Of a DNA stretch of 40,172 bases, positions 34,947 to 40,172 are shown piece after piece. The stretch's first letter is position 1. The number at the start of each line of letters is the position of its first letter. The notes beneath the pieces are model-generated. The model ran no database searches and was not told the origin of the DNA. It saw nothing but the letters and a program-made list of their open reading frames with translations. This stretch comes from a bacterium (GTDB lineage Bacteria; Lernaellota; Lernaellaia; Lernaellales; Lernaellaceae), in NCBI GenBank assembly GCA_036725605.1, contig DAIMDW010000038.1, positions 1 through 40,172 of the forward strand. The letters are read 5' to 3'. Position numbers and translations under genes: made by a program.

Positions 34947-36158
34947 TCAATCCCCCGCCGCCGCCAACCAGAAGCGGCGAAAGCCCATGCTGTAATAGGT
35001 GCCGTCGAACCAGGAATCGGACAGACTCGAGACGATCCAACCGCCGCGCCCGTCGTCGTTGAGGAATTTGGTGGGAATGACCGCCGGATACCCCGCGTGA
35101 AACAGCGGCGTCCACCCGCCGGTCCAGGATTGCACCGCCACTTTCGTCCACGGCCCCCAGGGCGTCGGCGCCTCGTGGAAAATCCACTCGTACACCGCGC
35201 GCGTGCTGTACAAATAACGCTTCAATGCGGGGATGTACACGACGCTGCCCTGACCGACGCCGCTGTAGCCGCCGGTGTAAATCGTCTCGTCGACGAGCAC
35301 CGGCGCTTTGTCCATGATTTCGGTAGACCACACGGGACGGCCGTTTTTCATCCCGGCAAAAAACCACCAGGCGGCGCGGTCGAGCACGTCGTCGCGATGC
35401 ACGCGCGCCAGGTACATTTTCGTCTGGTCGAAGTCGTGGGCGAAGCGCCAGTTGTAATCCAGGCCGTACACGTAGACCCAATCGTCGGGCAGGTGCTCTT
35501 GGCAGCGGCCGTAGTCGAGGAAAAATCCGGTGGTGAACACGTAATCGGTGAACATCGGCGCGCGGTGGTCGTAGCTCCAGGTTTGCCCGTGATCGAAGGA
35601 AACGGAAATCGACGCGTGCGGGGCTTCGCCGAACGGTTCGGGCATCAGAAAATTCGCCAGGTTCTGGAAGAAAAGATACAGCGCGCCGTCCAGGCACATC
35701 AGGCCGGTCGGCTTGCGCGAGTACTTCCATTGTTCCGGCCCCCATTTACCGGCGAGGTACGGACCGAAGGCGCGGCGGACAGCCGATCCGGTACAACCCG
35801 GCGGTTCACCGTCCACCACGTTGAGAACGACCTCCGCGAACACGTTGCCGAAGCCGAAGCCGTCTCCGTTGGCCGTGTAGAGGCGATCGTCGTCGCCCCA
35901 GGCGCTCGGCCACAAATCGCCGGTGTAGCCGGGGAACCAGCGGTTGGTCAGCTTGAAGGAAATGTAGTCTTCGACGCGCACGTCGACGATCGGACGCGAG
36001 GCCAGCATCTCGCCGTTCGCCGGAACGTCGATGAATTTTTGCGGCAGATTTTGCGCGGCATCGAACGACGCGGATGAGGGTTCGCCGTCGCCCGCGCCGG
36101 CGCAGGCAAAAACGCATACCGCCAGCAAAACAACGAAAACCGACAGGCGATTGTTCAT
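34947..36158 (-). CDS. Exported hypothetical protein (signal peptide with a possible lipobox, Trp/Tyr/Gly-rich beta-rich domain)
   Basis: Start MNNRLSVFVVLLAVCVFACAG. No confidently recognised family. Confidence 0.5.
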   Translation of the reverse strand: MNNRLSVFVVLLAVCVFACAGAGDGEPSSASFDAAQNLPQKFIDVPANGEMLASRPIVDVRVEDYISFKLTNRWFPGYTGDLWPSAWGDDDRLYTANGDGFGFGNVFAEVVLNVVDGEPPGCTGSAVRRAFGPYLAGKWGPEQWKYSRKPTGLMCLDGALYLFFQNLANFLMPEPFGEAPHASISVSFDHGQTWSYDHRAPMFTDYVFTTGFFLDYGRCQEHLPDDWVYVYGLDYNWRFAHDFDQTKMYLARVHRDDVLDRAAWWFFAGMKNGRPVWSTEIMDKAPVLVDETIYTGGYSGVGQGSVVYIPALKRYLYSTRAVYEWIFHEAPTPWGPWTKVAVQSWTGGWTPLFHAGYPAVIPTKFLNDDGRGGWIVSSLSDSWFDGTYYSMGFRRFWLAAAGD

Positions 36159-36247
36159 CCGCCCTCTCCCGCTTCCATGCATACCACAGTTTATAAATGT
36201 CAGAAAATATTCTTGCGCTTCGCCGAATCGTACTTATCTTGCCAGCA

Positions 36248-38602
36248 ATGCCGTCACTACGAACACGATTTGAACGTTGGCTCAGTCGCGCCCGGGGCGT
36301 GCCGGTCACTTACGACCTCAAGCCCTACGAGCGGCGGCTGGCGAAGATCAACGCGCTCGAAGCGGCGCTGCAAAAGCAAAGCGACGAGCAACTGCGCGCC
36401 TTGGCCGCGTCGTTGCGGGAGCAGGCGTATAACGGCGTTTCGCTCGACAAACTGACCGACGAGGGATTCGCCCTGGTGCGCGAGGCGGCGCGGCGCGTGC
36501 TGACGATGCGTCCTTACGATGTGCAGATGATCGCCGGACTGGCGCTGCACGACGGGCAGGTCATCGAAATGGAAACCGGCGAAGGCAAAACCCTCGCCGC
36601 GGTCGCGCCCGCGTGGCTCAACGCGCTGACCGGCGAAGGCGTGCACGTGCTGACCTTCAACGATTATCTCGCCCGGCGCGACGCGCAGTGGATGGGTCCG
36701 GTATACGAATTTCTCGGCCTGCGTGTCGGTCACGTGCAAGAAGGCATGGGGCTGCGAGAGCGGCAGGCGGCATACGGCGCGGACATCACCTACGGCACCG
36801 CCAAGGAAATCGGCTTCGATTATCTGCACGATCAACTGGCCGCATCAGTCGACGAACTGCGCCAACGTTCTTTCCATTTCGCCATCGTCGACGAGGCCGA
36901 TTCGTTGTTGATCGACGAGGCGCGCATCCCATTGGTGTTGGCCGGCAGCACGGCCGAGCGTCCGCCCGAGCCGGCGCGGCTGGCGGCGACGGTCGCCGAG
37001 TTGCGTCCGGCGATCGACTACGAAACCGACGAACATGCGCGAAATGTCTTTCTAACCGACATCGGCCTGGAGCGCCTGGAGCAACGTCTGGACGTCGCCA
37101 GTCTGCACGACGAGGCCAACCGCGATCTGCTGACGACGATCAACCTGGCGTTGCATGCGCGCGTGCTGCTGCATCGCGACATCGATTACATTGTGCGCGA
37201 AGACCGCGTCGAGTTGGTCGACGAATTCACCGGGCGCGTGGCGGAAAATCGCCGTTGGCCCGACGGCCTGCAGGCGGCATTGGAGGCGAAGGAAAACGTC
37301 GGCCGCCAGGAGGACGGGCGCATTCTCGGTTCGATCACGCTGCAGCATTTCATGCGTCTGTACCCCAAGCTGGCCGGGATGACCGGCACGGCCGCTCCCG
37401 CCGCCGAGGAATTCGCGCAGTTTTACGAACTGGGCGTCGTGGTCGTGCCGCCGAACAAACCGTGCATCCGCCGCGACGAAAGCGATCTGGTGTTTGCGAC
37501 GCAGGCGGCGAAGGAAAAGGCGCTGATCGAGGCTATCCGCCGCATTCACGCGGCCGGGCAACCGGTGCTGGTGGGCACGCGGACGGTCAGCGAATCGGAA
37601 CGCCTGGCCGAGGCGCTGCACCGGGCCGAGATCGAATGCCGCGTGCTGAACGCGAAAAACGACGAGCTGGAAGCGCAAATCATCGCCCAGGCCGGGCACG
37701 CCGGCGCGGTGACGATTTCGACCAACATGGCCGGACGCGGCACGGACATCCGCCTGGGCGCGGACGATTTCGAGCGACGGCGCATCGTGCAACTTGGCGG
37801 GCTGTACGTGATCGGCACGAACCGGCACGAAAGCCGGCGCATCGACGATCAACTGCGCGGGCGGTGCGGCCGGCAAGGCGACCCGGGCGTGTCGCAATTT
37901 TTCGTCAGCCTCGAAGACGAGCTGATCGCCAAATACGGCCTGCGCGAACTGCTGCCGAAAACCGAGGGCGACAGCGCGATCGACGATCCGCGCGCCATGC
38001 GGGAGATCGCCCGCGCGCAACGGATCATCGAGGGCGAAAATCTGTCTATCCGCAAAACGCTGGCCAAATACACGGCGATCGTCGAAGAGCAACGCCGGAT
38101 GATCCGTGATAAGCGCGACGCTGTGTTGCACGACGAATTCGATTCCGTGTTGGCCGGACGCGAGCCGGAATTTTATCGGGAGCTTGTGGGGCGCGTCGGC
38201 GAACGCGGCGTGCGCCTGGCCGAACGGGTGGTGACGCAGCATCATCTCGACCGCGCCTGGTGCGACCACCTGGCCACCGTCGCGGACATCCGCGAGGGCA
38301 TTCACCTGTATTCGATCGGGCAAACGAACATTTACGGCGTTCCCAAGGACCCACTCAACGAGTATCAGATCCGCGTCAGCGAGGCGTTCGGCGAGATGGT
38401 GCAAACGCTGGAAGAGGATATCGTGCAAACGCTGCGCGCGGTGACGATCACGCCTGAGGGCCTCGACGCACGCCGTGAAAAACTGACCGGCCCTTCCTCG
38501 ACCTGGACCTACCTGGTCAACGACATGCCCTACGGTCACGGCTTCGAGCGTTTCTTTAAAGGCATGAAACAGCGCATCCTCAATTCGCCGATGTTTCGCT
38601 GA
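36248..38602 (+). CDS. secA: SecA-family preprotein translocase ATPase lacking the C-terminal linker and zinc-finger domain (SecA2-sized)
   Basis: DEAD motor NBD1/PPXD/NBD2/HSD/HWD are all alignable with E. coli SecA (METGEGKTL, VDEADSILIDEARTPL-like, LAGMTGTA, TNMAGRGTDI, IGTNRHESRRIDDQLRGRCGRQGDPG). It ends about 100 aa short of canonical SecA, with no CxCxSGx8C(H/C) tail. Confidence 0.8.
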   Translation: MPSLRTRFERWLSRARGVPVTYDLKPYERRLAKINALEAALQKQSDEQLRALAASLREQAYNGVSLDKLTDEGFALVREAARRVLTMRPYDVQMIAGLALHDGQVIEMETGEGKTLAAVAPAWLNALTGEGVHVLTFNDYLARRDAQWMGPVYEFLGLRVGHVQEGMGLRERQAAYGADITYGTAKEIGFDYLHDQLAASVDELRQRSFHFAIVDEADSLLIDEARIPLVLAGSTAERPPEPARLAATVAELRPAIDYETDEHARNVFLTDIGLERLEQRLDVASLHDEANRDLLTTINLALHARVLLHRDIDYIVREDRVELVDEFTGRVAENRRWPDGLQAALEAKENVGRQEDGRILGSITLQHFMRLYPKLAGMTGTAAPAAEEFAQFYELGVVVVPPNKPCIRRDESDLVFATQAAKEKALIEAIRRIHAAGQPVLVGTRTVSESERLAEALHRAEIECRVLNAKNDELEAQIIAQAGHAGAVTISTNMAGRGTDIRLGADDFERRRIVQLGGLYVIGTNRHESRRIDDQLRGRCGRQGDPGVSQFFVSLEDELIAKYGLRELLPKTEGDSAIDDPRAMREIARAQRIIEGENLSIRKTLAKYTAIVEEQRRMIRDKRDAVLHDEFDSVLAGREPEFYRELVGRVGERGVRLAERVVTQHHLDRAWCDHLATVADIREGIHLYSIGQTNIYGVPKDPLNEYQIRVSEAFGEMVQTLEEDIVQTLRAVTITPEGLDARREKLTGPSSTWTYLVNDMPYGHGFERFFKGMKQRILNSPMFR

Positions 38603-38793
38603 AGAACCACCCGCGCCGCTGAATTTTGCGCAGTTTTTCGCGCGACGAAATTCGGTCGATTTTCCCAAATAATGAGAATTACACACTATTGGAATAATCA
38701 ATTTTGAGGCATATTTTTTGCATTGACCTTCCGGCGGAGATCAGGGAGGGACGGCCGTTGAATTGCGAGTTCTTTTCTTCTAACCTGCTGGGC

Positions 38794-39339
38794 ATGACGA
38801 TCAACAATCATCACCCGAAGCCGATTCGGAAAAAGCATATCGCCGCGCTTAAACGCAAAGGCGCGGTGGACGTGGTGGAGATCGCCGCCGAAACGATCGA
38901 AGTGGGCGACTGGGTGGCGGAAAAATGCAAATTCGGCTGCCCGGGCTACAACCAATGCCTGACCTGCCCGCCGCACACGCCGACGCCGGCCGACACGCGT
39001 AAAATCCTCGCGGGTTATCGGCGTGCCCTGCTGGTCCACTTTCAACATTCGACGCAATCGGGGAGTCCCTGGCCGTCGCTACGCCGGATTGTCGTCGCTG
39101 CCGAACGCGCCCTCTTCCTCGACGGTTTCGAAAAGGCCTGGGGTTTGGCGGGCGGTCCATGCGAGCTGTGCGACGAATGCACGATGGACGAATGCCGTTA
39201 TCCCGAAATGGCGCGCCCGGCGATGGAAGCCTGCGGGATCGACGTTTTCACCACCGCCCGCGCGGCGAACCTGCCGATCGAAGTGATCACCTCGCGCGAC
39301 CAGACGATGAACCTCTACGGCCTCATCCTGGTCGATTGA
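38794..39339 (+). CDS. Cys-rich predicted metal-binding protein (DUF2284-like)
   Basis: Motifs KCKFGCPGYNQCLTCPPH and GPCELCDECTMDEC. Start uncertain (TTG at 38704 or ATG at 38794). Confidence 0.45.
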   Translation: MTINNHHPKPIRKKHIAALKRKGAVDVVEIAAETIEVGDWVAEKCKFGCPGYNQCLTCPPHTPTPADTRKILAGYRRALLVHFQHSTQSGSPWPSLRRIVVAAERALFLDGFEKAWGLAGGPCELCDECTMDECRYPEMARPAMEACGIDVFTTARAANLPIEVITSRDQTMNLYGLILVD

Positions 39340-39341
39340 CC

Positions 39342-39563
39342 TTATTTCGGCGGAAACAAGAACAACTGACCGTTGACCGGCAGCGCGTCAAGCATCACCC
39401 GAAAGGCGCCATTATCGTTTTTGAAGGCGATGCCGATTTTCGTCCAGTACTTGCTTTCGCCACGCTCCTGCACCGTGGCCACATCCCAGTGCTGCTTGTC
39501 ATCCTTGGGCGCGGCGGGCTTTTGCTTCCGATAGTTGTTGTTACTGTTATAGGTTCGATTCAT
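39342..39563 (-). CDS. Small hypothetical protein (73 aa, basic and Asn-rich N-terminus)
   Basis: ATG preceded by GGAGAA at good spacing. Lies downstream of a terminator hairpin. Confidence 0.35.
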   Translation of the reverse strand: MNRTYNSNNNYRKQKPAAPKDDKQHWDVATVQERGESKYWTKIGIAFKNDNGAFRVMLDALPVNGQLFLFPPK

Positions 39564-39580
39564 GCCCTTTCTCCTTCGGG

Positions 39581-39608
39581 AAAAATTGGAGGGCATCCGA
39601 TGCCCTCA
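39581..39608 (-). terminator. Rho-independent terminator of the yifB-like gene
   Basis: GAGGGCATC-g-GATGCCCTC followed by a T-tract on the minus strand. Confidence 0.6.
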
Positions 39609-39651
39609 TTAGGCCTCCAATGCAAACTCGGGGAGCCCGTCGACCTTTTTC

Positions 39652-40172
39652 CTATACCGACGGACGATCCAAACTCCGATATTGAACCGCTTCGGCGATA
39701 TGCGCGGCCCGTACCCGTTCAGCGCCTTCCAAATCCGCTATCGTGCGGGCCACCTTGAGCACCCGCACCAGTCCGCGCGCCGACAATCCCAATTTGTCGT
39801 GCACCGTTTCCAGCAACCGATGACCGTCGGCCTCGGGTTCGGCGTGGCGCCAGGTCATGCGGTTGGTCATTTGCGCATTGGTGGAAATGCCGTGGCCGAC
39901 AAAGCGTTTCATGGCGTGCAGGCGCGCCTGCTGCACCCGGGCGCGCACCGCGGCCGACGATTCGCCGCCGCCGGTACGCATTTCGCGATAGCGGACGGCC
40001 GGCACTTCGACATGCAGGTCGATACGATCCAGCAGCGGCCCGCTCAGACGGTTGCGGTAGCGTTGAATCGCCTGCGGCGAGCAGGTGCAGTGATGCAGTG
40101 GATCGCCCAGATAGCCACAAGGGCATCCCACCCCTTCACAGGTACAGCAAATTACAAACCAGAACCGCATGT
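39652..40172 (-). CDS. yifB: Mg-chelatase-like AAA+ ATPase YifB/ComM (C-terminal part; continues beyond the window)
   Basis: The C-terminal Cys cluster and the ChlI/YifB C-terminal helical domain (RVLKVARTIADLEG...) are recognisable. Confidence 0.8.
   Translation of the reverse strand, partial: MRFWFVICCTCEGVGCPCGYLGDPLHHCTCSPQAIQRYRNRLSGPLLDRIDLHVEVPAVRYREMRTGGGESSAAVRARVQQARLHAMKRFVGHGISTNAQMTNRMTWRHAEPEADGHRLLETVHDKLGLSARGLVRVLKVARTIADLEGAERVRAAHIAEAVQYRSLDRPSV

Noticed and set aside
1-40172. tRNA, rRNA, tmRNA or integrase/transposase genes marking a mobile element
   Set aside because: No cloverleaf-like conserved tRNA motifs, rRNA-like stretches or recombinase ORFs are recognisable anywhere in the window. 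The only phage-associated hint is the Bor-like lipoprotein.

Overview
This is a high-GC (about 65-70%) bacterial chromosomal window, apparently from a diderm. It carries an OmpA-family protein, a LolA-like protein, an outer-membrane beta-barrel, a sigma-54 response regulator and AgmX/PglI-like and MYXO-CTERM-like domains. I take these as weak hints of a Myxococcota/Deltaproteobacteria-like lineage. About 35 genes are densely packed on both strands. The housekeeping set is a class IV aminotransferase, lipB, bioD, icd, an acyl-CoA dehydrogenase, a nitronate monooxygenase, a SecA-like ATPase and a partial yifB/comM. The envelope and glycan set is an OmpA/TSP3 protein, a GT2, a carbamoyltransferase, a GT4, a GT-C ArnT-like protein, a GH2, a PIG-L deacetylase, DedA and a fused membrane/spermidine-synthase. 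The export and regulation set is a MarR-MMPL-LolA-like-beta-barrel operon and an NtrC-type two-component pair. Three things are not ordinary. (1) Around 3.2-4.4 kb there is a roughly 430-bp AT-rich island with three perfect DnaA boxes. Next to it is a lower-GC gene for a lipoprotein with an extreme poly-Asp/(TGDDD)x11 linker and a TlpA/redoxin thioredoxin-fold domain. That domain is interrupted by one in-frame TGA exactly where the first Cys of the CxxC motif belongs (Y-U-G-S-C), and two hairpins lie immediately downstream. I read this as a selenocysteine-containing thiol:disulfide oxidoreductase rather than two ORFs or a pseudogene. (2) In two conserved enzymes (bioD and a GT4) the conserved N-terminal motif lies upstream of the first canonical start codon. 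In each case a Shine-Dalgarno sequence sits at the right spacing from a CTG or ATT/ATC codon. (3) A MarR-controlled MMPL exporter is coupled to a LolA-like protein and a beta-barrel. There is also a Bor/Iss-like lipoprotein and a SecA homologue lacking the C-terminal zinc-finger tail. I found no CRISPR array, tRNA or rRNA.
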